A program made the position numbers and the translations under genes. Under the pieces are notes generated by a model, which ran no database searches, was not told where the DNA came from, and saw only the letters and a list, made by a program, of their open reading frames with translations. Of a DNA stretch of 64,000 nucleotides, positions 1-11,823 are shown in pieces (position 1 is the stretch's first letter; the number at the start of each line of letters is the position of its first letter). Origin of the DNA: Cyanidioschyzon merolae (lineage: Eukaryota); assembly GCA_000091205.1 (NCBI GenBank), contig AP006497.2; one strand, 5' to 3'.

Positions 1-384
1 ATCTAGTGGTCCTCTGGTTCCACTCCGCACGCCCAATCCGAAATACCATTGAATACGTCGTAGAATGAGAAGTTTCCATGCCTTGGATACGAATGGTGAT
101 ATATGGACGCGCATCGACCGAGATAAGAAGCACTTTTTGCGATAGACCTTTCGAGCGTTGAACAACTCATAATCGATTTTTTAGTGGCATATGAACGCTG
201 ATTACCGGAGCAATCAGAGATTCGTCTCTTTCGATGAGACGTTATGAGGTAGCAATGCTAGACCTGCATATGCATCATCCTGGAGAGCGCAACCCTTTTG
301 CTCCCAGAGATGGGCCTGAGCGGCGACTCAGTCGTACGCTCGCCCACAAATCGCTAAATGAACAGAGACCTTCAACATCTTCTC

Positions 385-450
385 CTTCGTCGAAGCACTC
401 TTCGTGCCTTCTCCTTCCAATATTTTTGCGTCCTGCTCTTGGACAACGTC
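385..450. repeat. Short (~65 bp) dispersed repeat; its second copy is at 16515..16580
   Basis: cttcgtcgaagcactcttcgtgccttctccttccaatatttttgcgtcctgctcttggacaa versus cttcgtcgaagcagtcttcgcggatcctccttcccatattcttgcgtcgtgctctcagacaa. Both encode ...LLPIFLR.AL.Q in the ORF track. Confidence 0.6.
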
Positions 451-3247
451 CCTAAACATGCTTGGACAGCTGGCGAGGCGGACACGGCTGAGAATTGCTT
501 TGAGCTGCGCTTCGTGCTTGCTGATTCTCCTTCGTTTAATGCAGTCGATGGCGTCTTCACTGTTGCCCAGTGACAGTTTTTCAGTAACGGACCAATAGGG
601 GAATCGTTCGCGTCCAAAACATCGATGGATGCAGGGCGCTATTAGGAATCGTGTAGCTTCTGACTTGAGGCAGACTGGCCGAGATTTCCTCGTATGAAGC
701 ATCCAGTTAAGCCACTGATCGTACGAGTTCGGGACCTAGGGATGCCAATTCTCCACAATTCTCTGGTTTGCTTCCAGCAAACCTTCAATACGGCAACACA
801 GCTAATGCTCGGGACTGAAGAGGCTGCACAGATTGTACATAGGATCCGGGATGTACACATCCGCGTCCCAGAATACCATGACACGTTGCCGCAGCACGTC
901 GGCGATGCGAGCATCCAAAGCGCGGGTACCGAACCTTGTCTGACGAACATCGAAAAAGAACATCTCCATATGCAGATCATTGTCGTGAAGTTCATGCAGC
1001 GCAGCAGCTGAGCGTTGTGCCCACAAATTCGTGGTCCGGTAAAATGCGAAGTGATGCACATGATTCTTGGGATGTTGATAGAGGCAAGTGATCGGCTGGT
1101 GCCACAAGACATCGAGGTGATTGCGAGCTCAGACGAGATGCCGCAACGAGATCCAGAGACGCTTCAGGTCGTTCATGCTTATGATGGTGCTCTGTTTCTC
1201 GGACTGTTGGATGTCGCATGCAGATATCGTTGGAAATGTGATGTGTTCGTGCATTCCTTGCTACCTGCACTCCCGTGTTTTCCTGAAGCGAACGCTCCAG
1301 AGCAAGGAATGCTCCATGTCACTGCAACCCGGGCGCTCTCGCCTCCTCAAAGCTTGAGGACGATATGGTCCCCATGAGTCACATCTACGCCAAAGATATT
1401 ACCATGGACAATTGGATAGCGTACTTTACGGCCTGTTCAGGGAGCGACGGCTTGTCTCTGGCAGCAAACGTAGAGGAGTATTCCGACAACATCGCCTGGA
1501 GCGTTGGCGGAGCCTTTGCAAGGTGTCTCGTTTACAGGGAAGAAACGGAAAGAAGCCGATCAGACAATCGAGATCAACGGAATATCCATTTGTATGCAAT
1601 TCTTGGAACCTTTGCCTGAAGCGAGCGGCTACAATCGATTGCAACCTTTCGTGTAGATGAAGCTCAGGACTTTGTGGTACACGTGGATGCCGGGTCGAAA
1701 GCCGTCATCGTCATCGCCACGCGTCTCGATCAGGAGCGCGGATCCAAACGCCTGATCGGGAGCATGGACGACGCTGCAAAACTATTCGAAGGCTCTTTAC
1801 GATAGCGAGAAGGCCACGCTGGAGGCCAGGATGCGTACCAGCAGGTCGAAGGACGGGATCAGGACCCGTTCGACGCGCTGAGCACCGCATCGAGCCGATG
1901 AGGATGCTATTTACGCAGTACTCAGAGCGTCCGTGAGCATCCAGATGCTTTATGAAGACGAGTTTTGACAGGCGTGTATGTCAGATCGCGCTGGAGTCGC
2001 CAATTGTTCTGATTGGATGGAGACAAGAACATGCTTTAGCCAATTGCATGAATGAGTTGGAAAAGTGACTCGCCGACAAATCGCGTCTATCACTGGTAAC
2101 CTATGGTGCTAGACGTGCCGTAGCGCGCAAAGGCTGCCCGTTTCCCATGATGAACCGAGCGTACAACGAGTGCAGGTATTGATCCTGAGCGATTCCCATC
2201 GATGCGCTCGAGGCGGCATATGCGCACCACGACCATGAACGCATGTGGAATCTGGTAGAAGGAACCAGTGTGAAGCAGATTCGGATGCACTATCTGGTGT
2301 CCGGGAAGCGGACCGGACGCCAGATACCGAAGTGATCGAAGATGAGAGGCTTGCTGTGCTGCGATTCCACGAGCAACAACGCACTTTCTGAACCCAGACC
2401 TGAATGCCTCCATCACCAATACGAAACGTGTCGTGCTTGCAGGGCGTCCGCCGGCCTTGTATCGATCGATGCTTCGAGGTGATCGCTTCGTACTCAATGT
2501 TAGCGTTGTGCTAAAAAGGCTGAAGGCTTCTGATGGGTAAAAATCAATAGCCAGGAGGCCGAGCATTGGAATCTCGAAAGGAGTACGGCATTGGCAGGGC
2601 ACGGTTCAGCAATTCAAAAACGCCAAAAGCGTGGTATATATGCGACAGGAACACTTTCAGCCTGGGCAATCAATGACCAATTGATGAGCTTCATGAATTG
2701 ATGTTGCTGAGTACACGAAACTCGCCATCGACGAAGGTTGATGGCGTTACGTCTCGATCGCAGTGATGAAGGCGTAGCAAACAATGGGGAACAACGAGTA
2801 TTCCCATGCATTTACGGGAAGTAGTCTCCGAGCACGCGGTAGCAGCTTGGGGCGGAAAGATGCCCCGCTTGGTGACCAGCCAGTCACTCGGTCTGTCAGC
2901 CAGACAGCCGGTGCCATGAGGTATCTTGCCGACAGGTGTCTAGCCCGCCATCCATGCTCGTATCCCTTTCAACTACAACGTTCTAGAATTCGCCAGTACC
3001 GTCCACGCTTTGTCACGAACGGCTGTCGCGGACGCCGCCTATGGTGTGTCCAGTTCCTGCCTAACGTTTTCGAATCAATCGGATGCTCGCTAATTTCGTG
3101 CGGCGAAAGAGTCACGCCCCTTGTCGTTGCAGCACAGGCACGCCATCCCCAGCCGCTGATGACCGAATGCAGGGTCAAACGAGCCTTCGCGTGCCTGCAT
3201 ACAGCGCCTGGAAGAGCGGGACGCCGGCACGCGGATGTGCTGACGCA

Positions 3248-5374
3248 TCATCGCAACTGCGGCTGGGGAGAGTCGGTGGCATTCGATGACTCGGTGTGCG
3301 TCGATGACGGCAGACTCTGGCTGGTACGTCGCGAAACGAGCCATGCTGAACGGGGCCATGGCCAACGGCGATACGTCGTTGCACCGGTGCTTGCTTCATG
3401 AGCTTGCGTTGCTGGCGCTACCGGCGCATTCATCATGGTGCCGCTCGGCGGGAGCGCTTCACCAATACCCCGCTCGACGTCTCCAGGTTGTGCAACTGGA
3501 TCCGGTAAACGAGGTTCATTTGGTAGAGCATGGTTCCGCAACAACGGCGAAAAGTCTTCGCGACATACCGGGCACGCCGGATGCTTGCGCAACCACGGGT
3601 CAATGCAGTCTGTATGAAAAAGGTGGTGGCAACCGACCCGACGCACGCGATCCCCATCTGCAAAATCCTCCAGACACACTGGACACGTGATGCTGCTGTA
3701 GGCGATCGACCTCTCTGGGTCGAACATGGCGGATTCGGGGGGTAGTCGCGGCACAGCCGCTAGATCCGTCGTTGATTTCGCCAACTCTCGCGCTTGAACA
3801 AGCAGCGACGGTGAAGTCAACGATTCCGCGGAATTCGGCATCATCATATACGGTGTCGTGTTATCATTGATCGCATCAGGGGTGCGCTCGCCCCCTAGAG
3901 GTACCCCTGGAGTTGCTGCAGCGTTTTCCCCAGCGGCAGCGTCGTCACTCGTATCCGAGCGCTTGCAGGATTGATGCTCTCCGCTGCAATACAAAGACGC
4001 TGGGAATACAGCTTCAATTTTTTCAGGTGGTATCGGAGGAAGACGGTTGCGGGCACCGCGCTGCCCTCGCAACGGCACGATTCGAATGCCGCTGTTCGCG
4101 AGCCTCTGAGCTTCGGCCTCGCTGACGTAAGGACCCATCGCATAAAGAACGCCTGGATCCGTCGGGTATTCCCGCCGCGGGAACAACCAGGCGAGAAGCA
4201 GCCCTATACCCAAGACGCCGGCGATGCCTCCGAAAAGTATCGGGAGTAGGAAAAACCAGCTGTTGTAGAAAGGCGGCCCGGTGCACGCCGGCGACGCCGG
4301 TGGACACGAACCACTGCTACCGCCACAAATTTTCACTTGCAGGGTCACGTTTGCCTTGGAGAACGGATCCATATTCGTTGGACAATACCGGTTTGCAACC
4401 GAAACCCAGTACGTGCTTGCATTTGGTGACAGCAACACGTTTTGCGTCGAATAGCCGCAGATGAAACTGTTCGTATCCGATTCGTTCGCTGGGAAGTTAT
4501 CATTCGGAGAGAATGTTGCGAACACAGGCATCGACCGGTAAGATCCATTGTCCGGGGTAACCAAAAGCTCTGGGCAGCCGTTTTGCCCTTGAATCGCTAA
4601 CGTAACAGCATAGTTGGTAGCTCCCGAGCTCGTATTCAATGTTTGTGCGGAGAAGCGATAATACGACAAGGTGCTGAAATTCACCAAAGTCGTCGTGGAT
4701 TCTCCAACAGTAATATTGGGTGCCTCCACTGAGCAGTACGGTCCGACAAGGCTGCCGCTGCAGTCACATACCCCCCTGGTACTACAGGTCCCATTTCCCC
4801 AGCACGGACTTTCGGAGAACGGTCCTAAGGCGCAGGTTTGCTTCAGCGAGTCCGCGAAGCGCAAACGAATCGGCCCCTGTATCGTGATTGATTGCGGCTC
4901 GCTCGTTAGTACAGAAGAATAGTTCCCCTGGACTGCTACATTCAACGTCCTATTCCCAAACTGCGTCTTATTCAAGACAACATAAACGTATGGGAGTCCA
5001 GCGAGATAGCCCCAGTTGTCCGTAGCCAGCGTCAGATTTCGTGCAACATCCTGAACAGTGAGCTCGACGCGCCCAGCCAAGCGAAAAGCATCAACCGTCA
5101 CGTTTTCTCGTGACATTTCAATTATAAGATACGAGCTATCCATGGAAGATGTATTGACGCGAAACGACAGCGCGGGGCTCGCTACCGGCAAACTAGCGAA
5201 ACAAGCCGAGCTATCCTGTGTCAAAACGGTGTCGTTCGAGCACGTTTCATTTATCGCGCTCCATGGTACTGGAGTCGGCACAGAAGCGTTGACATGCCCA
5301 GTGAAGCGTAGCAGTAACAGGGATAAAACCCCAAGCAAGAAACCGAGCTGCGCTCGGTGCTCATGGCTCGCCAT
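3248..5374 (-). CDS. Single-pass transmembrane RING-H2 E3 ubiquitin ligase with a large N-glycosylated, EGF-like Cys-rich ectodomain
   Basis: The ORF spans 3248..5509. The likely start is the signal peptide MASHEHRAQLGFLLGVLSLLLLRF at 5374. There are many NxS/T sites and a Cys-rich block, CWGNGTCSTRGVCDCSGSLVGPYC. A TM helix FFLLPILFGGIAGVLGIGLLLAWLF follows. The C-terminal RING-H2 is CPVCLEDFADGDRVRRVGCHHLFHTDCIDPWLRKHPACPVCRE. Confidence 0.7.
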   Translation of the reverse strand: MASHEHRAQLGFLLGVLSLLLLRFTGHVNASVPTPVPWSAINETCSNDTVLTQDSSACFASLPVASPALSFRVNTSSMDSSYLIIEMSRENVTVDAFRLAGRVELTVQDVARNLTLATDNWGYLAGLPYVYVVLNKTQFGNRTLNVAVQGNYSSVLTSEPQSITIQGPIRLRFADSLKQTCALGPFSESPCWGNGTCSTRGVCDCSGSLVGPYCSVEAPNITVGESTTTLVNFSTLSYYRFSAQTLNTSSGATNYAVTLAIQGQNGCPELLVTPDNGSYRSMPVFATFSPNDNFPANESDTNSFICGYSTQNVLLSPNASTYWVSVANRYCPTNMDPFSKANVTLQVKICGGSSGSCPPASPACTGPPFYNSWFFLLPILFGGIAGVLGIGLLLAWLFPRREYPTDPGVLYAMGPYVSEAEAQRLANSGIRIVPLRGQRGARNRLPPIPPEKIEAVFPASLYCSGEHQSCKRSDTSDDAAAGENAAATPGVPLGGERTPDAINDNTTPYMMMPNSAESLTSPSLLVQARELAKSTTDLAAVPRLPPESAMFDPERSIAYSSITCPVCLEDFADGDRVRRVGCHHLFHTDCIDPWLRKHPACPVCREDFSPLLRNHALPNEPRLPDPVAQPGDVERGIGEALPPSGTMMNAPVAPATQAHEASTGATTYRRWPWPRSAWLVSRRTSQSLPSSTHTESSNATDSPQPQLR

Positions 5375-7197
5375 GGGCGCTGCTATCTGCCGTGGAGCGC
5401 GCGCCTCGTGCTCACGTTGGCGTTCACGTACCGCCCCAGGCGTGAAACTTGTGCCACTGGTCAAAGCTTTGAAAGTGGAAACTATCACTGCTAGGTTGTA
5501 CGCACACACCGCAACTCAAGAAGCAGGTATCCGAGCGTTCGTTCAGAGTCCGGATTCCGGGTGCGGAAATCGACGTTGGCGTTGTGAACACGATCGCGCT
5601 GCATGCGGCAACGCAAAGGGCGCATCCTCACAGAGGAGCCAGAATACGCTGAAACGTGCAGTTTTTTGGCCATTCTATATGCTTTTGAGAGAGCCACAAC
5701 ATAGCGCACAACTCCTCGCACGCTACCCCTGTACCAGGTGAAAAGAAGGACACGAAGCTGGTTGCTCTGGTTCTTTTTATTCGATTTCTTGTACAATATT
5801 AGCTGTAAATGGACAGTCTCTACATTTGGCGTACAGCGAAAGAGCGCTTTACGTACATGGACGTGATTTAAGGACTTTCGGTCATCGTTTTGAGGTGTGT
5901 ACTTGGACGCTTTGACGAAGGCATATGCTACGTAACGTTAATGAAGATGGGTCGTGACACACTCGAATGAGAGCTCGTAAAATAACCGATAGCAGTATTC
6001 CATGCGAATGCACGAGCCTCAACTCTCGTTCCTTCGCTATGCGACGCATGCTCCATATGATGCATGCGTCAGGTTTTCGATATCTCTGTTTCAAGACACA
6101 TTGTGGGGGCAGCGATTCACACACTCGGATTGACGAGGATAAACAGTCGACGTCGTACTTTGACGACATCTTCACAGCAGAGGCATCCGCGAAGGGGCTG
6201 AATTCTCATCGCTTTTAGCGACGCTATGTTATCGCGTATCTGCCAGTATCCCGCCCGATTCATCCACTGTACACCTTTCAAAAAGTATTGAATCGGATGC
6301 CGGGCTTCAAGTAGGCACACCCGCCGCAGCAGAACGAAGACGCCACGACTCCTGTAGACGATACCACGGAACTCAAGGCTATTTGGGTAGCTAGATCTAT
6401 GAAGTCTCTGGTGCTTCGTTGAGAGTCGGTGGAAATCTCTAAACATCCTTGGAGGAGCTGAGATCTCCTCTCTGGATACCTGTAGCGATTGTGTACGCAC
6501 CGTATTTTGGTTCGATTCACGTATCTCGCAGCGTAGAAAAGTTCCGCTCCGACCGGTAAAGTCGCGTTTCCTCAGCTTCGAATGTCATGAGTCCAGCCAG
6601 CCGGTACTTGCACACATATCTACCCATACATGTCCATGCACATGTACATAGAATGCGGAGCTGTCGTCGAACGCATGGGCGAGGCACGATCCCACTTCTT
6701 AGCCGCCACGAGCCCCGTGAGAATACACCAAACGACCCATAATCATCATTTGCAACGGAAATATCCATCCGCTCCAGTTACCGTGCCCTAGCGATGAAGG
6801 ATGGTACGCACCACTTGGAAGCAAGCGCAGCGAAGAGCTGAATCACTGAGCGAGACCCGCTTATGTCGCTGGGATTCCCTCGAAGCCTGTTAGGACAAAG
6901 CGCTTGGAAACCTGCCCTATTGTTTCCACATTACCCTCGAGTAAAAATCGATCTCAAATGCACTTGAATACAATACCAAAAGCGTCTAGTGACGACGCAG
7001 ATCCCTCAAAGCTCTATGGTATAGAGCGCGGCTCGCTTCACCGATCATCGAGGTGGCGCTTGTTCGGAACTCGGAAGACGTCCGCACTTGAGCGGTTTGT
7101 CGACCTGCACGCTGCTCGGGACGTGAGGCATACGTTGACCTTTAAATCTTCGAATAGCCACAGTTTTCGGTCTTCTTAACTGATTCAGCATTCGATC

Positions 7198-9369
7198 TTG
7201 AACGCGTCTTCGACGAAGCTGGACACCGGTCTGGCCCGTGCGCCTACAGAGGCGCAGCAGCCGCCAGAGGACCCTGGCCTGACTACTGTCGTAGAAAAGT
7301 TCCGAGCGACGTTCGATGCTAACTTGGACTGGCAACCGCTGCAGTATGGCTTGGTAGATGCTGTAACGCCGGGCGCACAGCGGAAAGGTTCTGTTTCTCA
7401 GGTCCTTCGCGCAGAACGCAAAGCTCAGCGACAGAGAGCGAACAGACTCGCCTCTATCGCCGTGGACGCGGCAGCCGTCCAAGCACTCTACGAACAAGGC
7501 AGCTGGGTACTTGCGCCTGAACTCGCTGGAAACGCTGCTCTTGGGACGTCCCCAGAGCAGAACTGGCTTCGTTGCTGGCCGCTGCTGGGGAACAAACGTT
7601 GCGGACGCTGGTACGTGCCGCCGCCGAACACTTTCGCTCAGCTGGGCGAACTTTCATTCGAACCAGTGGTGCACTTCAAGTCCGTTGATGGGCATCATGG
7701 CAAACAGCGCTTTTCAATGCGGTTCATGAACTTGCCAGCCTTGTTACAATGCATTCGCTGCGGAGGCCTGGCGATTGTGGATGCGACCCGCTCCGGGAAA
7801 CTCTGGCCGGATGCGTTACGCTGCACCTTGCCATTGTGGTGTGCAGTAATGAACGCTTTGTGGTGGTGGCCCGTTTTCCACAGCTCGGTCGACGATGTCC
7901 CGGATCCTGCACAGCTCTCGTGTGTTGCAGCATTCTGGCTACGCCTTTGTTGCAACTGGGGCATCGACAAGGACGAAATGACACAGTTGGGGCAAGCGGC
8001 CGCCGCTGCACTGGGCGCATTGATATCCTGCAAACCTTTTATGGACTGGTTTGAAGAAATGATCCGCCAGCGCAGTGACTGGGGTGTACTTTGGCCAATG
8101 GTCGCATTTCGAGGCGACCAAAAACTCGCTGAAAGGTTTCAGGGAACGTCCGCATGTCGCGTTTGTTCGGGACAGTCGTCGAGCGATACCGGGGACTGGC
8201 TCTCGCTCAGCTGCTCAGTACGCGAGGCCTTGGCGGTGCTGCAGCAGGTCGGAATGCGTCTGCAGTACACCGGGGGCAAGCAGTCGTCTCTGCATGTGAT
8301 ACCTGTGGTTGGGATTTCCGCATCTGATGCTCGCCAGGAGGGCAACCCGATCCTCAGTTGTCGTTACCGCTATGTCGCTGGTGCCGGAGACGACGAGGAG
8401 TCCTGGAGCGAGGGCCTCGAGCCGACGCTCTGGTGGCAATACCAGTCGCGTATTCGGGATGTGCTCGCACAGGGTGAAGCACTTTCGTCCGTCCTGCCTG
8501 ATCAGTCGGCTGAAAACAGGCACATTTGTGGGATAGATCACGGAAGCTGCAGAGTAGAGATCCTTGCAAGCATTTGGAAGCAGGAGCGTGTACATGTTTT
8601 TCTGGGACGTTGCGCCTGTTCCAGGGCTAACCCAACATCTGGAGACCACTGTGGACTCCAGTCGGAGAATTCCTTGCACGCTCGCCGGGTTTTCTGGCTG
8701 GATGCGCTCCCTTGCAAGCGCTCTTCGCGTGCAGCAGCAATGCTAGAGTCCAGTTTACGGAGTGCAAGCGTCGCAATACAGCAGACGCGCTCAAACGAAG
8801 ACCTAAGCCCGACGCGTAGCCCGTCTACGCAACCTTTGCATTGCACGCCGCACGAACTCGAGAGAGAGCAATCGACAAAAGCTTGGAAGCAGCCGGAAGC
8901 CGCGGGAGCGCGCTCCGCGCCTCGCGCCTATGCACACCATGGGGATAACTCCGCCCAACAGTGTGCTCGCTCGGCATCGTATGCTCCATGCAAACATTTG
9001 CTGAATTCAGGACAGCCTGCAGCGAGTAACGGTCAGCAGCGATGCGAGGATTGCCTAGCGGTAAGCAACGGCAAGCTGTCTCGTGCAGAGGCGAGCGCTG
9101 CCGCCCTTCTCGATACGCTGTTGCCCCAGATACGCCAGTGTATACAGGAAGAGGATCGATCGGTGGTGCTAGCCTCCACAGCGGGGGACGGCCTGGCGCT
9201 CGCAGCCGCCCTTGTCTGGCTGGCCACCAGTGGTCTGCAGCAGCCAGAGACGGGGCTGTGTCGTCTTCAAGAGACTCTCCTGCTCCTACAGTGTCGATAT
9301 CCTTCAGCGGAAGTGTCTCAAGCGGTCATGAAGCTGGTTCGCGCACACCTGCGACGTTATGCGAGGTAG
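7198..9369 (+). CDS. Rit1-like protein (initiator tRNA A64 2'-O-ribosylphosphate transferase family), tentative
   Basis: This is a 723-aa ORF. The motif LLGNKRCGRWYVPP resembles the ANxRCGxWY signature of Rit1. HFKSVDGHHGKQRFSMRFMNL resembles the Rit1 KS(T)DGH..W.FS.RRLNL block. This assignment rests on remembered motifs only. Confidence 0.4.
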   Translation: MNASSTKLDTGLARAPTEAQQPPEDPGLTTVVEKFRATFDANLDWQPLQYGLVDAVTPGAQRKGSVSQVLRAERKAQRQRANRLASIAVDAAAVQALYEQGSWVLAPELAGNAALGTSPEQNWLRCWPLLGNKRCGRWYVPPPNTFAQLGELSFEPVVHFKSVDGHHGKQRFSMRFMNLPALLQCIRCGGLAIVDATRSGKLWPDALRCTLPLWCAVMNALWWWPVFHSSVDDVPDPAQLSCVAAFWLRLCCNWGIDKDEMTQLGQAAAAALGALISCKPFMDWFEEMIRQRSDWGVLWPMVAFRGDQKLAERFQGTSACRVCSGQSSSDTGDWLSLSCSVREALAVLQQVGMRLQYTGGKQSSLHVIPVVGISASDARQEGNPILSCRYRYVAGAGDDEESWSEGLEPTLWWQYQSRIRDVLAQGEALSSVLPDQSAENRHICGIDHGSCRVEILASIWKQERVHVFLGRCACSRANPTSGDHCGLQSENSLHARRVFWLDALPCKRSSRAAAMLESSLRSASVAIQQTRSNEDLSPTRSPSTQPLHCTPHELEREQSTKAWKQPEAAGARSAPRAYAHHGDNSAQQCARSASYAPCKHLLNSGQPAASNGQQRCEDCLAVSNGKLSRAEASAAALLDTLLPQIRQCIQEEDRSVVLASTAGDGLALAAALVWLATSGLQQPETGLCRLQETLLLLQCRYPSAEVSQAVMKLVRAHLRRYAR

Positions 9370-9778
9370 ACATCTGGACATAATGCCAATTTCCATCGAT
9401 ACACTATCAAGATTAGAGAGGTCGAGGAAGTTTCGCAGGGCACCGCTGTAGATGGCGGCATGCAAACAGGCTCTCGCTTACGCCCAAGAAACCCAGATGC
9501 GTGAGCGGGTCCTCACGAACGCCCACAGAAGAGATAGCGACGCGGCTGACGTGGCAACGGTACGAGAGCGGGTGCCTGCTGGCTCACCACACGCCTGCTC
9601 CTAGTGCACCTACGAACGCACCATACCAAAGCAGCTGGCAGTGCAGCAACACAAGAACAGGTGCCTCGAGGTTTATCACACGCTTGCTCACAACTGGTCT
9701 CTGGACACGGAAGCGAACTTCATTCTTTCCAGCGCAAGAACTGGTGGCCGTTGCGAGCCCGCGGGTATCCCTTTCGCC

Positions 9779-10087
9779 CTAGCGGACGACGCGAAAGGGG
9801 TTCCACTGCCTCCACTCGTCAGGGTGCTGCGGCGGAGGCAACCACTCGATGTCAACGCGATCCACCCGCGCAAGCTCTGGACCACGACGACACCAAGCCA
9901 GGAGCTCCTCAACTTTTGTAGTGGTTCCAAACGCCTCGAGCTCCACGGAGCCGTCGGCACAGTTTCGCACCCAGCCAGCTACGCCGAGCTGTGTGGCTTT
10001 CTCCTGCGTGGAAGCTCGATAAAAGACGCCCTGTACAAGACCGTAAACTCGAGCTCTACAGTGACAGAGGCTTGGACTCGCTTCCAT
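9779..10087 (-). CDS. Acylphosphatase
   Basis: The ORF 9779..10225 contains VYGLVQGVFYRASTQEKATQLGVAGWVRNCADGSVELEAFG. This matches the acylphosphatase signatures V.G.VQGV.FR and G.V.N...G.V. The likely start is MEASPSL at 10087. Confidence 0.8.
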   Translation of the reverse strand: MEASPSLCHCRARVYGLVQGVFYRASTQEKATQLGVAGWVRNCADGSVELEAFGTTTKVEELLAWCRRGPELARVDRVDIEWLPPPQHPDEWRQWNPFRVVR

Positions 10088-11001
10088 TTGACCCAGTAGG
10101 TCACGTGTCCTATGTGTTTGCTGTGAACGGGATTGCAGCACTCGCGAGCAGTTCATCGCGGTTTCCTCGTTCCGTTCGCTTCCAGGCGATACCAACACGC
10201 TGTCTGTTTCAACGACCATTTGCATGGGTTTGTGTGTTGACTACCAGCTGTTATTCGGATTCGAAGTAGCTCAGATATGCAGTGCTCTGATACATACGCT
10301 TGAGAGCACCTTAGCGCTCCTGGGGCATTCTGTGCGCTTGCAGCGATGTTCTTCTTGACCCTGGATGAGGAGCGACTTGGATTGCCTCGTAGCGTATCGT
10401 ACTATTTTCGCGGTAAACGAGTCGTTTAGTTCCCGAAATCGCTTTGTAAACGCAGTGTCTCTACGCCTTGAGGCAGTGCGGAGATATCGGGCTTGTGTTG
10501 CTTTTCAAGGCGAACATGGTCAGAGCCCCGGAGTTCCGCCATGTGTGCGTCCGCCTTGAGAATGCCCGGCGATAGCTTGAGTGCATCTCTTCCGAGCACA
10601 TATCAAGCAGAGTCTCAAGAATCCCCATGTTGGTATTGATTCAGTACGGAGCATCGGTGCAGCACGCCTGCGACCTCAGAACTGATGCCGGAAAACAGCG
10701 CTCCAGAAAGATCCCATCCCCGGTTTCCTGATCCAGCGTAACGCTTACCTCGACCAGCGTACCCTCATCGTCTCTAGGTGATTTCTCGGGACCTTTCGCT
10801 GCGTGGCTATCGTGGATTGGAAGCCGCCGTCTCTGTCGGGGCATCCGCAACCACCAGGCACCTGTCGTCCATGCGCATTCCAGGTCATCGCTCGCCGAGA
10901 CTTTGCTCGCAACGAGTCGTTCGCTGCTTCGTTGTGAGTCATCTTCGAGGGATTTGCCTCTGGCTCTGCGTCAAGCACTTGACGCCCTCTCTGGGGCTGC
11001 C

Positions 11002-11823
11002 TCATCGACGACGCGATCGACGGGATGCTGGTTCCGCTCTGGCGGCATCTGCAGCGGCTGTGGGCGCACTGCTCGGTTCCCCGGTGCGCTCTGGATCCGC
11101 CTCCGGCGAATTCGTCACCATGGCTTCCTCATGCTCTGACGATTCATCAACAGAAGGCGATGCTCTCGCAAATGCCTCCTCCGCTAGAGGTTCCGATTCA
11201 ATCATCCGCGTTTGCGGACTGTCGCCCAAGTTACCAGCGGTATCGCTGTGCGCATGCGTCACGATGGCGACTCGCTGGTTGACTGCGTCGGACACTGCGA
11301 GCACGGTTGAGTAGCCGCCTCCGTCTGTGGCTACTGGCAATGCTCGTTTATTGAGTTCCCGTTTCCTCTTCTGAGCCGTCACCCGGAAAACCGGAGCGGT
11401 GAGTTGGAGTTCCTCGGGCGGGAGCTCCACTGTATCGCGATCGCCTCTGAATACAGGCAGGGGAACCGCATTCAGTTCACGAGCGTGAAGCATCTGCACT
11501 TCTCGCGGTGGAGGCTGCACGAACTCTCGTTGTAGCTTGAGTTCAATAGCTAGCTTCACGTCGTTCACGTCGATCTCAGCCATGTCACCAGCTGCAGCAG
11601 CTGCGCTAACTCCAGAACCAGTGCGACTAACTTTGCCCTGGCCACGATGAGCGTGTTCTGACAAGTCCCGCGCGTCTGTCAAGACCTCTGCAACATAGCG
11701 ATAGAGAAGCTCCAGTAGTTGGTGGATGACGCGATCATCATACTCTTCGATGCCCATCGATGACAGGATGCTCGCGAGTATGCGCGCGTCCAGCGGCGCT
11801 CCAGCGACCTCCACTTTACTCAT
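11002..11823 (-). CDS. TFIID subunit TAF9-like (histone-fold) protein
   Basis: The N-terminus reads DARILASILSSMGIEEYDDRVIHQLLELLYRYVAEVLTDARDLSEHA....VNDVKLAIELK. It is colinear with the TAF9 histone-fold, including ...ILKSMG..EYEPRV..QLLEF.YRY...VL.DA..YS.HA...DVRLAI. The C-terminal tail is S/A/E-rich. Confidence 0.7.
   Translation of the reverse strand: MSKVEVAGAPLDARILASILSSMGIEEYDDRVIHQLLELLYRYVAEVLTDARDLSEHAHRGQGKVSRTGSGVSAAAAAGDMAEIDVNDVKLAIELKLQREFVQPPPREVQMLHARELNAVPLPVFRGDRDTVELPPEELQLTAPVFRVTAQKRKRELNKRALPVATDGGGYSTVLAVSDAVNQRVAIVTHAHSDTAGNLGDSPQTRMIESEPLAEEAFARASPSVDESSEHEEAMVTNSPEADPERTGEPSSAPTAAADAARAEPASRRSRRR

Noticed and set aside
802-1107. A minus-strand ORF considered as a NIF/FCP1-like phosphatase fragment.
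   Set aside because: There is only a vague resemblance to the FTAS...YA...LD block, and no DxDxT catalytic motif is found nearby. It is not supportable.
5058-5741. A 227-aa plus-strand ORF.
   Set aside because: It lies entirely antisense to the RING-H2 E3 ligase gene (3248..5374 on the minus strand). It is low complexity with no motifs. It is a shadow ORF in GC-rich coding DNA.
10778-11314. A 178-aa plus-strand ORF.
   Set aside because: It is antisense to the TAF9-like gene, Ala/Ser-rich and low complexity.
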